A stretch of 64,000 nt of DNA, taken from contig CAZXFD010000001.1 in NCBI GenBank assembly GCA_964640635.1, positions 17,273-81,272 on the forward strand, in the 5' to 3' direction. A program made the position numbers and the translations under genes. Positions 1-9,963 of the stretch are shown in pieces. Within the stretch, counting starts at the first letter, position 1, and every line of letters starts with the position of its first letter. This DNA comes from an uncultured Gammaproteobacteria bacterium (GTDB taxonomy: Bacteria; Patescibacteriota; Patescibacteriia; UBA1558; S5-K13). The notes beneath the pieces were generated by a model. That model did not search any database. It was given only the letters and a program-made list of their open reading frames with translations, and was not told where the DNA came from.

Positions 1-3000
1 CTTTAAATAATGCATTTAGAACAGGCACAATAACTATAGAGTCTAGGGTTGTATCTACAACTTTGAATTTGAATTTGTTTGCTAGTTCAACTCTTCAAGT
101 AAGGCTAGGATGCTCAGTTTATAATTCAGATACAGATATCACAAGTAGGCAAACAAAATGTATTGATGAGTCGGGAACAACTCATCCTGGATTGACGTGT
201 TGTTGGAACTCTTCTTTAAATATGTGTATTAATGATGGAAGTCCTGTCTGCTCTCAGCCATATTTGAAATTAAAATCCTGTCAAAGAGATAGGGATGGCG
301 TAGTTATTTCACTTGGTTCTCCGTCTCCAATTACAAACATTACAAATGCCCCAACAGATGCTATTATTCACGCCCAGTTTAGCGGTAGAGGAGATGATTT
401 CTCTATGAATAAAAACACTTATGCAGGTGGAGTAGAGGTTTATTATTGCGGAAAAATATCTACTAGTAATTGTACTTTGGCTAATATTGGAACTACAGTT
501 TCAAATGATAGTGGAAATGATTTTGTCAATTATGGGCATACCAGTAATTTCGTTCCAAATGCTTGGTATAAAATTAAATTAAACGACTCTATTAAAGATA
601 ATAATGGAAATAGTCTTCAACCAGCACAATGGTATTTTAAAACAGCTTCAAGTACATGTCATGTTACGCAAGTAAATGTTGTTCCAAATCCTGTACAATT
701 ACCAGTATTAAGTAGTAAAAGAATAACAGCGCTTTGTTCTGACGACAGTTGTAATATTTGTGATTCGTCAGATTATCAATATTCTTGGGGGTCTAGAACT
801 CCATCTATAGCAAATGTATTAAATAGTAATGCAAATATTTCAACAACAACTGGTGTCTCTGTGGGTATGACTACAGTTAAAGTTGAGGTAAGTAAGGGTA
901 ATATACAAACTACTGGAAATGAAACAAATAGTGTATCAGTTAATAAAGATAGTTTTAGAATTTCAAATAGTGTAAATGTTATAGTTCAAGCAAATTGTAG
1001 TAGATTTAAAGACCTGGAAACATGTACAAATGGAGGTTGTTGTTTTAGCAATAATAGGTGTATATCAAATTTATCCACATGCAACTTTGGAAATTTTACA
1101 ATGAAATCATATTATCCAAGAATTGAGACTTGTCTTAATCCAATGATAAGGGCAGAGTTTGATGCAGTTGTAAATGGTGTTTCATTAAATATAGATAATG
1201 TAATTTTGGAAGATTTGAATAAAGAAACAAAGTGTAAAGATGACCCTCAGTCTATATGCTATGAAAAAGTACCAATTCAATTTTATTCTTACTCAAAATC
1301 AACAAGCACAAGTATAATAAATATTCAGATTATTCAAGCACTTCAACGAGAAAATAAATATAGAGTTAGATTGTTAAAATCCATAAGATCTATAGATGGA
1401 AAAAATTTGACTTGCGATGGTCCAGAATGTTCTTGGGAATTTAAAACAATTAATAGTCCATGTGAATTATCTTATGTAAATATAATAGATCCAGCAAATC
1501 ATTTTTATGAATATACTCAACCTAATGTGGAGAAAAATTTTATTGCTGAAGCAATAGATTCATTTGGTAATCCTATGGTCAGGGTAGATGGGTTTTATTC
1601 ATGGGATTGGCAATGGAGTTCACAAGATAATACTCTTGTAAATATTGTTGGATTAAATACAAATTTTTCAAGCACATTTAAATCTAATAATAAAAATGGA
1701 AACACAACTGTTACTATAAAAGCAAAAAAGAAAACCCCAGCAATTGGTTATACCGGAGAAGATATAAAAGATGAAGCAAATATTAGCTTGTTTATGTGTA
1801 ATAGTCCATGGATTTTTGAAGATTATGGATTTAGACTTAGGTATTGTATGGATGGTGGTCTCCCAGAATTGAATGATCGAAAAGATGCTGTTATTACAAT
1901 TACAAATGCACGAACCTCGGGTAACGGATTAATAAGAGAGTATATATTTAAATATAAAGAAGCAAAGCCAGTTGTATATTCTAACTTAGATTCTAAATCT
2001 AAAAAAGGAGTTTTATCTATTGCAACTGATAATAGATTAGGAGTAAAAATGTTTACTCAGGTTTTTGGAAGTATCTTTAATAATTTTGTTAGCAGGGTTT
2101 TAGCACAAAATTTGTCATATCAAGATGATTTGATAGGTATAAGAGTGTATGCAAATGACGATCATTTATCTCCTCGTGATTGGTATAGAAAAACAAATGA
2201 ATTTGATTTTAAGGGAAGTCCACAGGCAAAGAAAGTAGGTTTTTATGATGGTCTTATTGATGGTAGAACAACTTATATAAATGCTGGAAAAAAATCAATT
2301 TCTGTTGACGGAGCAATTGATATTCATACAGAAATTTATTTAATTTCAAAGAATCAAGACGCCTCCCCATTTACAAATAATATTTACGGTCAATTATTGG
2401 ATGGTTGGAAATTTAATGCGCAAGAAACTCTCATTGATCAAGAAAAAATAGCTCAAGACGTAAAAAGGTGGCAAGATTTAAGAACAATGGAAAATTCTTT
2501 GGAGTCCTATGCTAATTCAAATAAATTTTGTGCAAAAAAATTAGGTACATGTAGTCATTGCGCAGAGGGAAGTCTTAATTGTGATACATCTATTATTACT
2601 ATTGGAGGGGAGTGTTTTTCTATGTCTAATGTTAGCTGTAATTCAGATAGTGATTGTATTTTAAATCCATTAAATCTTCATAAATGCTTTAGAACCTACC
2701 CAGAACTTACAAGCGGTACATATATAAGAGGATTAACTAATTCATTGTGGGGCTCTTGGGATTCAAATTTGGGAGCAGCTTTGAAAACTACTTTACCAAA
2801 AGATCCAGAAAATAAATTTGGAAATTGTCAGGTAGATTGTCCTACTTGTGACGAAACAACGTGCTTTGATGATAAGAATAAAATTTTTAATTGTCCTACA
2901 GGCTCAAAAGTATATTATTATAAAGTGGGAACATATCAATCTAGTGCAATAAAATCTTTGAATTATTCAATATATTCTTTATTTAATTATTCAGATAAAT

Positions 3001-3104
3001 CAATGTGGTCTGGTAATAATGATGCTAAATTTTCTAATAATAAAATAGAGATATCAAATGATGGCGTTTGTGATGGAGAATCTGAGACAAATATGTATCA
3101 ATAA
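1..3104 (+). CDS. Large Cys-rich secreted/surface protein (Ig-like repeats, PsbP-like and pilin-head-like C-terminal modules), 5'-truncated by the window
   Basis: Frame is open from position 3 to the ORF at 63, so the gene starts upstream. Ig-like segments end in W-x-F-K-T; many Cys clusters; 'QDVKRWQDLRTMENSLESY...LPKDP' resembles a pilin head. Confidence 0.7.
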   Translation, partial: LNNAFRTGTITIESRVVSTTLNLNLFASSTLQVRLGCSVYNSDTDITSRQTKCIDESGTTHPGLTCCWNSSLNMCINDGSPVCSQPYLKLKSCQRDRDGVVISLGSPSPITNITNAPTDAIIHAQFSGRGDDFSMNKNTYAGGVEVYYCGKISTSNCTLANIGTTVSNDSGNDFVNYGHTSNFVPNAWYKIKLNDSIKDNNGNSLQPAQWYFKTASSTCHVTQVNVVPNPVQLPVLSSKRITALCSDDSCNICDSSDYQYSWGSRTPSIANVLNSNANISTTTGVSVGMTTVKVEVSKGNIQTTGNETNSVSVNKDSFRISNSVNVIVQANCSRFKDLETCTNGGCCFSNNRCISNLSTCNFGNFTMKSYYPRIETCLNPMIRAEFDAVVNGVSLNIDNVILEDLNKETKCKDDPQSICYEKVPIQFYSYSKSTSTSIINIQIIQALQRENKYRVRLLKSIRSIDGKNLTCDGPECSWEFKTINSPCELSYVNIIDPANHFYEYTQPNVEKNFIAEAIDSFGNPMVRVDGFYSWDWQWSSQDNTLVNIVGLNTNFSSTFKSNNKNGNTTVTIKAKKKTPAIGYTGEDIKDEANISLFMCNSPWIFEDYGFRLRYCMDGGLPELNDRKDAVITITNARTSGNGLIREYIFKYKEAKPVVYSNLDSKSKKGVLSIATDNRLGVKMFTQVFGSIFNNFVSRVLAQNLSYQDDLIGIRVYANDDHLSPRDWYRKTNEFDFKGSPQAKKVGFYDGLIDGRTTYINAGKKSISVDGAIDIHTEIYLISKNQDASPFTNNIYGQLLDGWKFNAQETLIDQEKIAQDVKRWQDLRTMENSLESYANSNKFCAKKLGTCSHCAEGSLNCDTSIITIGGECFSMSNVSCNSDSDCILNPLNLHKCFRTYPELTSGTYIRGLTNSLWGSWDSNLGAALKTTLPKDPENKFGNCQVDCPTCDETTCFDDKNKIFNCPTGSKVYYYKVGTYQSSAIKSLNYSIYSLFNYSDKSMWSGNNDAKFSNNKIEISNDGVCDGESETNMYQ

Positions 3105-3140
3105 AATTTCTATTTTATCAATTGTCTAATTTGTGTTATA

Positions 3141-3172
3141 ATAAAATCACCTAAATGGGTGATTTTATGTTT
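3141..3172 (+). terminator. Hairpin / probable intrinsic terminator
   Basis: ataaaatcacc...ggtgattttat inverted repeat just after the stop codon. Confidence 0.5.
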
Positions 3173-3199
3173 GAAGGACTAAGTTGAAGTCGAGACATA

Positions 3200-4321
3200 T
3201 TGAACAATAAAATAGTTCAAGATAATATGAATAATTTTTCTACAGATCAAGATTCTTTATTGAAAGATGAGGCACAAAAGTATAAGGCCGATGATATTTT
3301 TTTAGATACAGATTATTCCTCGTCTTCTAATGTTATAAAACCAGGTGGTATTGCACCAAAGTCCCCAATTACAAATTATCGAGAATTAGTTAGTGAAATA
3401 GATAATTCTCAAGCAGATAAAATTAGGCCAAAATATTTTTTTATAGGATTGATTGTTCTAGTTTTAATTTTTGCATCTATAGGTTTTTATATATATAGTA
3501 AGTTTTTTATAAAGAAAAATGATTCTGGTCAAATATTTATAGATAATAATTCTCAAATAGAGAATCTTTTAAGCAAAGATGCAACAAGTAGTTTGTCTTT
3601 TGAGTCTAATTCAAGTCAGATTGTTATAAATGAAGATTCGGATAGTGATGGACTTAGCGACCAAGAAGAAAATATCTTTAAAACAGATAAAGATAAGATA
3701 GATACAGATGATGATGGGCTTTCTGATAAAGATGAAGTCAAAATGTATAAAACAGATCCATTGAATAGAGATTCGGATGGAGATAATTATTTAGATGGAG
3801 AAGAAGTAAAAAATGGATATGATCCAATGGGTCTAGGGAAACTTTTGAATTTTGATTTTTTAAACTCAAATTCAGAAAATGAGTCTATTTCTTTTAGTGT
3901 TGATATGGCAAATTGGGTAAGTATTAATTCTTATATCGAGTCTTTAAAAAATACATCTTTTTCTAATCCAATATATGATTTTAAATATCCAAATAATTTA
4001 GTAGTATCTATAGATGATAAAAAAATTATTTTATCTGGTGTAGATTTTAAAGTTTATTTTGAGGTAAGAGACAATAAATTAGAGCTTGATTTAAGTGATT
4101 GGGTGATGACTCAAAATGAATTTTCTTTATCTTCTAATAATTCTACTAATATAGCTAGCTTGGAAGCAATGATAGCTACTAGCGCTGGCACAGATTTCAA
4201 AAAAATTATTTTTATAGCAGACAAATCATCTGTTTATATATTTAAGTATATTGGCGATGTTGCTTTATTGGACAATATGAATATTTTCAAGTCTATCGCA
4301 TCTTCATTTAGTATAAAATAA
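3200..4321 (+). CDS. Single-pass membrane protein with thrombospondin type-3-like Ca-binding repeats and a PsbP-like C-terminal domain
   Basis: TM segment FFIGLIVLVLIFASIGFYIY; DSDSDGLSD / DTDDDGLSD / DSDGDNYLD repeats; 'YDFKYP...LSDWV'. Start codon uncertain. Confidence 0.65.
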   Translation: MNNKIVQDNMNNFSTDQDSLLKDEAQKYKADDIFLDTDYSSSSNVIKPGGIAPKSPITNYRELVSEIDNSQADKIRPKYFFIGLIVLVLIFASIGFYIYSKFFIKKNDSGQIFIDNNSQIENLLSKDATSSLSFESNSSQIVINEDSDSDGLSDQEENIFKTDKDKIDTDDDGLSDKDEVKMYKTDPLNRDSDGDNYLDGEEVKNGYDPMGLGKLLNFDFLNSNSENESISFSVDMANWVSINSYIESLKNTSFSNPIYDFKYPNNLVVSIDDKKIILSGVDFKVYFEVRDNKLELDLSDWVMTQNEFSLSSNNSTNIASLEAMIATSAGTDFKKIIFIADKSSVYIFKYIGDVALLDNMNIFKSIASSFSIK

Positions 4322-4323
4322 GT

Positions 4324-5631
4324 ATGTTTGAAGAAAAACAAAATCAAAATATAGATACAAATATGGATCAAGCTCAAAAAGTTTTTGACAGTTTAGAATC
4401 AGAGAAAGAATTAGAAATCAATGATGATAATATTCACTCTATGCCAGAGAGATTTTTAATGCCCTCTGAAATGAAGTCTGGAAAAAATAATGCAGGACTT
4501 ATTATTTTGATAGTTGTGGTTTTGTTAGTAGTCTTAGCTGTCGCAGGATTTGCTTTTTATGTTTTTTATGATAACAAAAAAACTTCTGATCAGGATATTT
4601 TAAATGTAGAACAAAACACTACAACAACTCAAGAAATCATTGATATTAATACACAAGATAATTTACAAACTCCAGAATTGAGAGATAAAAAAAGATTAGA
4701 TGATGTTTTGGAAATAAGAACAGCGCTGAGTTTGTATTTTAAAGAACAAGGAAAGTATCCAAATTCACTATTTGATTTGTCATCTTATCTAACAACTATT
4801 CCAATAAATCCATCGCCAGGCGGGGAGTCTTATAATTATCAAGTTAAAGATGCTAATAAAGACTATATAGTTACATTTGCTTTTGAGGGAAATATTGAAA
4901 ATGGAAATCTCATTTTTAATTCTGGAAAATATCAATTAGGCCCTATTTTCGGAATAGAGCCATATAAAGAAGTTCAAAACAATGAAGATCAGGACTCGAT
5001 TGATAATGATAATAATATTCCAGACGATGTTAATGCCGACAATAACCAACAAATGCCTATTATTCCCCCAAAAGGAACTGACACTGATGATGATGGACTT
5101 ACAGATGCAGAAGAGATTATTTTTCAAACAAATGTGGATTTAGTAGATACAGACTCAGATACCTACAATGATAAAGAAGAAATTCTTAATTTATATGATC
5201 CAACAAAGATAGACGGAAAATTATTAGAAAATATTTCATTGGCAAGGGTTTTTATTGAAGAAGAATTAAAGTATTCTTTTGTTTATCCAGCAAAGTGGAT
5301 GGCTCAAACAAAAGATAAAGAAACAAGGGATGTTATGATTTTTGAAGCAGAGAATAAGGATTTTATAAAAATTCAGGCAAAAGATAATCCACAAGAATTG
5401 TCTGCAAAAAATTGGTATTTAAACACCTCTCCAGAAGTTAATCCAGACGATTTGAGTAATTACAAAAACAGGAATAATCTTGTCGGAGTTAAATCAAAAG
5501 ATGGTTTAAATGTTTATATTTCAACTGGTAACAAAATTTACATAATATCTTATATTTCAATAGATACAGTGAAGTTAAATTATCAGTCCATATTTGATTT
5601 GATTGCAAACACCTTCAAAATTTCAATTTAA
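4324..5631 (+). CDS. Membrane-anchored protein: pilin/GspG-like head, TSP3 repeats, PsbP-like domain
   Basis: One TM; 'RDKKRLDDVLEIRTALSLYFKEQGKYP...IPINP...YNY'; DTDDDGLTD; 'YSFVYPAKW'. Confidence 0.65.
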   Translation: MFEEKQNQNIDTNMDQAQKVFDSLESEKELEINDDNIHSMPERFLMPSEMKSGKNNAGLIILIVVVLLVVLAVAGFAFYVFYDNKKTSDQDILNVEQNTTTTQEIIDINTQDNLQTPELRDKKRLDDVLEIRTALSLYFKEQGKYPNSLFDLSSYLTTIPINPSPGGESYNYQVKDANKDYIVTFAFEGNIENGNLIFNSGKYQLGPIFGIEPYKEVQNNEDQDSIDNDNNIPDDVNADNNQQMPIIPPKGTDTDDDGLTDAEEIIFQTNVDLVDTDSDTYNDKEEILNLYDPTKIDGKLLENISLARVFIEEELKYSFVYPAKWMAQTKDKETRDVMIFEAENKDFIKIQAKDNPQELSAKNWYLNTSPEVNPDDLSNYKNRNNLVGVKSKDGLNVYISTGNKIYIISYISIDTVKLNYQSIFDLIANTFKISI

Positions 5632-5635
5632 TTTT

Positions 5636-6055
5636 ATGTACGATATTAATATTCTAATAAAAGATTTTGAGATAGAGAAATATTTTAAGAAAAATGTTGA
5701 TAAAATACTCAAAAATGAAAAAATAAAAAAAGATCAGATTTCAATTGTTATTATAGATGATGTTTTAATGAAAAAATTAAATAGTAAGCATAGGAACAAG
5801 AAAACAACAACAGATGTGCTTAGTTTTGTAGAAAAAGATATAAAAATAACATTTCCTCAAAAAGATAATTATTTAGGAGAAATATTTATTAGTTATAATC
5901 AGGCAAAAAAACAAGCAAAAGATATAAAAAAAGAAATGTTAGATTTGTTTGTTCACGGATATTTACATTTAAAAGGTTATGTTCACGATAGCGAGGAGCA
6001 ACTCGTTGTCATGAATAGAGCTTCAAATAGGATAATAAAAAAATTGTGTTTATAA
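5636..6055 (+). CDS. ybeY: rRNA maturation RNase YbeY
   Basis: 'LNSKHRNKKTTTDVLSF', 'LGEIFIS', HGYLHLKGYVH metal motif; in-frame ATG at 5636. Confidence 0.9.
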   Translation: MYDINILIKDFEIEKYFKKNVDKILKNEKIKKDQISIVIIDDVLMKKLNSKHRNKKTTTDVLSFVEKDIKITFPQKDNYLGEIFISYNQAKKQAKDIKKEMLDLFVHGYLHLKGYVHDSEEQLVVMNRASNRIIKKLCL

Positions 6056-6098
6056 AATTTTAAAATATATAATTAATAGATAATAATTTGCATACTAT

Positions 6099-7340
6099 AT
6101 GAAAAGAAATCAAATAATTACAGGATTAGACATAGGATCTAATTTAATCAAGGTTGCTGTTGCTCAAATACAGGCAGAAGATAACTCTATAAACATAATA
6201 GGGGCATCTGAATATCCATCAAGAGGAATTGTTGGGGGTAATATTGTAAGCACAGAAGATGTTGTAAATTCTATTTCTTCGGCACTAGAAAAAGTAGAAA
6301 GAGTTATAGGAGCTCCTATAGAAAGAGTTGTTATTAGTGTTTCTGGACCAAATATTAAATCTATTAATAGTCAAGGCGTCGTTGCCGTTGCTAAAGCTGA
6401 CGGGGAAATAAAATATGAAGATATAGATAGGGTTTTAGATGCTGCTCAAACAGTTGCAGTGCCAGCAAATTATGAAATATTACATGTTATACCGCGTCAC
6501 TATAAAATAGATAATCAAGATGATGTTAAAGATCCAATAGGAATGAGTGGGGTAAGACTTGAGGTAAATGCGCAGATTATTATGGCATTATCATATCAGA
6601 TAAAAACACTCACTAAGTGCATTTATAGAACAAGTGTCGATATAAAGGACATGGTTTTTGGAATACTTGCAGACGCAGAAGCTGTGTTGAGTAGAGAACA
6701 AAAAGAGCTCGGTGTAGTTTTGATAAATATAGGTTCATCAACTACTGGTGTTGCAGTTTTTGAAGCAGGAGATCCAATTCATGTTGCAGTACTACCAATA
6801 GGTTCTTCTCACATAACAAATGATTTAGCTATTGGCCTTAGAACATCAATCAAAGTAGCAGAGCAAGTAAAAATAAATGAAGCAACTTGTCTTGTTGAGC
6901 AGGTAAAAAAGAGAGATGAGGTAGATATTGGATTATTTGATCCAGAAGATGATAAAAAAGTTATGGTTGCTAGATCTGAGATATCAAAGATTACAAGAGC
7001 AAGAGTTGAAGAAATATTAGATCTTGTGGGCCGTGAACTAAAAAAGGTTGAAAGATTTGGAATGCTTCCAGCGGGAGTTGTTCTTACGGGCGGAGGATCT
7101 AAGTTGAATGGATTAGTAGATCTTGCAAAAACAGAATTAAAGCTACCTGTATTTTTAGCAAAACCACATAGAGTAAATTCAATTACGGATAAAATATATG
7201 ACTTGAGCTATAGTAATGTTTTGGGTTTAATTTTGTGGGATTCTAAAAATAATCATTCTTTTAAAGGTTTAGGAATCTCAATAAATACAAGTGGTATTAC
7301 ATCAAAAATTACTAAATTGTTTAAATCAATTATCCCATAA
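6099..7340 (+). CDS. ftsA: Cell division protein FtsA
   Basis: GLDIGS, 'DPIGMSGVRLE', 'GVVLTGGGS'; directly upstream of ftsZ. Confidence 0.96.
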   Translation: MKRNQIITGLDIGSNLIKVAVAQIQAEDNSINIIGASEYPSRGIVGGNIVSTEDVVNSISSALEKVERVIGAPIERVVISVSGPNIKSINSQGVVAVAKADGEIKYEDIDRVLDAAQTVAVPANYEILHVIPRHYKIDNQDDVKDPIGMSGVRLEVNAQIIMALSYQIKTLTKCIYRTSVDIKDMVFGILADAEAVLSREQKELGVVLINIGSSTTGVAVFEAGDPIHVAVLPIGSSHITNDLAIGLRTSIKVAEQVKINEATCLVEQVKKRDEVDIGLFDPEDDKKVMVARSEISKITRARVEEILDLVGRELKKVERFGMLPAGVVLTGGGSKLNGLVDLAKTELKLPVFLAKPHRVNSITDKIYDLSYSNVLGLILWDSKNNHSFKGLGISINTSGITSKITKLFKSIIP

Positions 7341-7387
7341 TAAATTAATTTTTCTTGAATTAAATAAATTAAGAAAGGAACAACACA

Positions 7388-8662
7388 ATGTCACGAAGCA
7401 AAGAAATAAAGCCAGAAATTGAAACTTTTGCAAAAATAAAAGTGGTTGGAGTTGGTGGTTCTGGCGGATCAGCTATAAATAGAATGGTAGGAGAGGGTAT
7501 AAAAGGTGTTGAGTTCATAGCTGTAAACACTGATGCTCAGGCTCTTAGTATGTCTCAAGCAAAACATAAAATACAAATTGGAATAGAAACAACAAGAGGA
7601 CTTGGCGCTGGAATGGATCCAGAAGTTGGATTTAGATCTGCAGAAGAAAGTTCTGAAGAAATTGAAAAAGCGCTAGGTGGCGCAGACATGGTTTTTATTA
7701 CTTGTGGTCTTGGTGGTGGAACTGGTACTGGTGCAGCTCCTGTTATAGCAGATATTGCAAAAAATACTGGTGCGCTTACTGTGGGAATCATAACAAAGCC
7801 ATTTAGTTTTGAAGGCGCTCAAAGAAAATCCATATCAGAAAGAGGATATAATGAGTTAGAAAGTCGAGTTGATACTATTATTAATATTTCAAATGATAGA
7901 ATATGGAACGTGTTAGATAGAAAAATTTCTTGGCAAGAAGCTCTTCGAGCTGTAGATGGGGTGCTTCATCAAGGAATTCAGGGAATATCAGAGATAATTA
8001 CAATTCCTGGTATGATTAATGTCGACTTTGCAGATGTAAAAGCTATTATGTCAGATGCTGGATCTGCACTTATGGGCATAGGTCGTGCAAGTGGAGAGGA
8101 TAGGGCTAAAAAAGCTGCAAAAGAAGCAATAGATTCACCGCTATTAGATGTATCTATCGCGGGTGCAAAAGGAATATTATTTACCGTAACTGGTGCATCA
8201 GACTTAGCAATGTTCGAAGTAAATGAAATAGCAGAGATTATTACAGCATCAGCAGATGGAAATGCAAAAATTATATTTGGAACAGTAATTGATGATTCTA
8301 TGAAGGGCGAGATAAAGGTAATGGTTATAGCTACTGGATTTGAAAGTTTTGACATAAAAGATTCAAAAACAGCAGGTTTCCAATATATGCCAAATAGATA
8401 TGTTAGTTCTATGAATAATATTGAGAATAAAAAATCATCTCAAGATTTCTTAGACAAAGACACTGAATCAGATGACAACAAGCAAGAAAAAGAAGAGGAT
8501 TATTTTGAAGATGAGGTAGAGGCAGAAGACATTTCTTTCAAATTTAGAAATGACAAATTTCAAAATAATAATTATAACGATAATAATGATGCCAATATTG
8601 TCCCAGAGACAAATAGTGAGTTAGATATCCCAGCATTTTTAAGAAGAAAAATCAAATCATAA
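7388..8662 (+). CDS. ftsZ: Cell division protein FtsZ
   Basis: GGGTGTG signature, NVDFAD, C-terminal LDIPAFLRR. Confidence 0.98.
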   Translation: MSRSKEIKPEIETFAKIKVVGVGGSGGSAINRMVGEGIKGVEFIAVNTDAQALSMSQAKHKIQIGIETTRGLGAGMDPEVGFRSAEESSEEIEKALGGADMVFITCGLGGGTGTGAAPVIADIAKNTGALTVGIITKPFSFEGAQRKSISERGYNELESRVDTIINISNDRIWNVLDRKISWQEALRAVDGVLHQGIQGISEIITIPGMINVDFADVKAIMSDAGSALMGIGRASGEDRAKKAAKEAIDSPLLDVSIAGAKGILFTVTGASDLAMFEVNEIAEIITASADGNAKIIFGTVIDDSMKGEIKVMVIATGFESFDIKDSKTAGFQYMPNRYVSSMNNIENKKSSQDFLDKDTESDDNKQEKEEDYFEDEVEAEDISFKFRNDKFQNNNYNDNNDANIVPETNSELDIPAFLRRKIKS

Positions 8663-8669
8663 AATATAT

Positions 8670-9116
8670 ATGAAGTGTCCAATTTGTCCAGCTACAACAA
8701 AGGTTTTAGATTCTCGTATTGCAACAGATGATGTAACAGTAAGAAGAAGACGAGAGTGTCTTGAGTGTGGTTTTCGTTTTTCAACAATTGAAGAAATAGA
8801 AATTTTGGACTTAAAAATTATAAAAAGAGATGGAAAAAGAGAGCTTTATAATAAAGAAAAATTAAAATCAGGTATTAAAAAGGCACTTGAAAAAAGAGAG
8901 CATAATGAAGAAGAAATAGCTCAGCTTTTGAGAGACATAGAAATGGATTTACAGAAAATGAAAAAGGAGGAAATAGAGTCATCTGTCATAGGTGAATTTG
9001 TTATGGATCATCTAAAAAAATTTGATAAAGTCGCATATATTAGATATGCCTCTGTTTATAGATCTTTTGAAGATGTAAATATGTTTAAAAAAGAATTAAA
9101 GAATTTAGAAAAATAA
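8670..9116 (+). CDS. nrdR: Transcriptional repressor NrdR
   Basis: MKCPxC...RRRRECxxCGFRFST zinc ribbon plus ATP-cone 'DKVAYIRYASVYR'. Confidence 0.96.
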   Translation: MKCPICPATTKVLDSRIATDDVTVRRRRECLECGFRFSTIEEIEILDLKIIKRDGKRELYNKEKLKSGIKKALEKREHNEEEIAQLLRDIEMDLQKMKKEEIESSVIGEFVMDHLKKFDKVAYIRYASVYRSFEDVNMFKKELKNLEK

Positions 9117-9123
9117 TATGATC

Positions 9124-9143
9124 AGCTACATAGCTATGTAGCT
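9124..9143. repeat. Perfect 20-bp palindrome
   Basis: agctacatagctatgtagct is its own reverse complement. Confidence 0.8.
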
Positions 9144-9157
9144 AATAGACTAATTCC

Positions 9158-9430
9158 ATGGAAGAACAACAACCAAAAGATAGAATAGAGGAGTTATTAG
9201 AAGAAAATTTGAAGTTAAATAGAGAAATTTATGATACTTGTGTTAAAGTAAAAAAATACATGTTTGCTTCTCAGATTTATAGTATTGTAAAGATTTTTTT
9301 TATAGTAATTCCAATAGTTGTTGCAATTATTTTTTTATTACCACTTTTTAGTCAGGTCAGTCCATATATAAAGGAGTTAATGGGACCATTAAAATCTGGT
9401 AATGCAGATATTCAATCTTTTATTAAATAA
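9158..9430 (+). CDS. Small single-TM hypothetical protein
   Basis: Coiled N-terminus 'ELLEENLKLNREI' plus a hydrophobic segment. Confidence 0.65.
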   Translation: MEEQQPKDRIEELLEENLKLNREIYDTCVKVKKYMFASQIYSIVKIFFIVIPIVVAIIFLLPLFSQVSPYIKELMGPLKSGNADIQSFIK

Positions 9431-9590
9431 ATTTAATTAAAAAAATATTTTGATTCGAGGTTTAAGCTCGGGTTTGTTTTTTTTCTTACTCAAAACTTTA
9501 ATTTTATGGTAAAATATAATTATAGTATATTGATTTAATACTTCTATTTTGTCATATTGTTTGGCAAATTATAGCAAATTTATTTTATAA

Positions 9591-9962
9591 ATGAACACAG
9601 AAAACAAAAATAAAGTTTTACAGCCAGTTATTGTAGATATGATTTGGGGAGTTGTTTATTTCCCTATTTGGTGGTATTCAAAAGGTCTTATAAGAGCTTT
9701 TCGTTTTTGTTTTGGAAAAATTGCAGAATATTGGAAATTAAGAGGGTTTGCTATATCTATAAAATTTCTTTTTAGACCAATGTATTTGCAAAATGATTTT
9801 TGGGGTAGAATTATTAGTTTTTTTATAAGATTATTTGTTCTGATATTTAAATTAGTATTGTTTTTATTGGTCTCAATTATATTTATAAGCGTTTTCTTGT
9901 TATGGACATTGTTACCTATTATAGCTATTTATAAAATTTATATTAATATTATAAAAGTATAA
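9591..9962 (+). CDS. Hypothetical membrane protein, coupled to the Clp ATPase gene
   Basis: 'YFPIWWY...LFRPMY...GRIISFFIR'; stop lies 1 nt before the next ATG. Confidence 0.7.
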   Translation: MNTENKNKVLQPVIVDMIWGVVYFPIWWYSKGLIRAFRFCFGKIAEYWKLRGFAISIKFLFRPMYLQNDFWGRIISFFIRLFVLIFKLVLFLLVSIIFISVFLLWTLLPIIAIYKIYINIIKV

Positions 9963-9963
9963 A

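Noticed and set aside
7555-8355. Antisense ORFs within ftsZ (and similar ones in hppA, groEL, pheT, ppsA, glmS)
   Set aside because: Shadow ORFs of conserved genes with no independent motifs or expression signals
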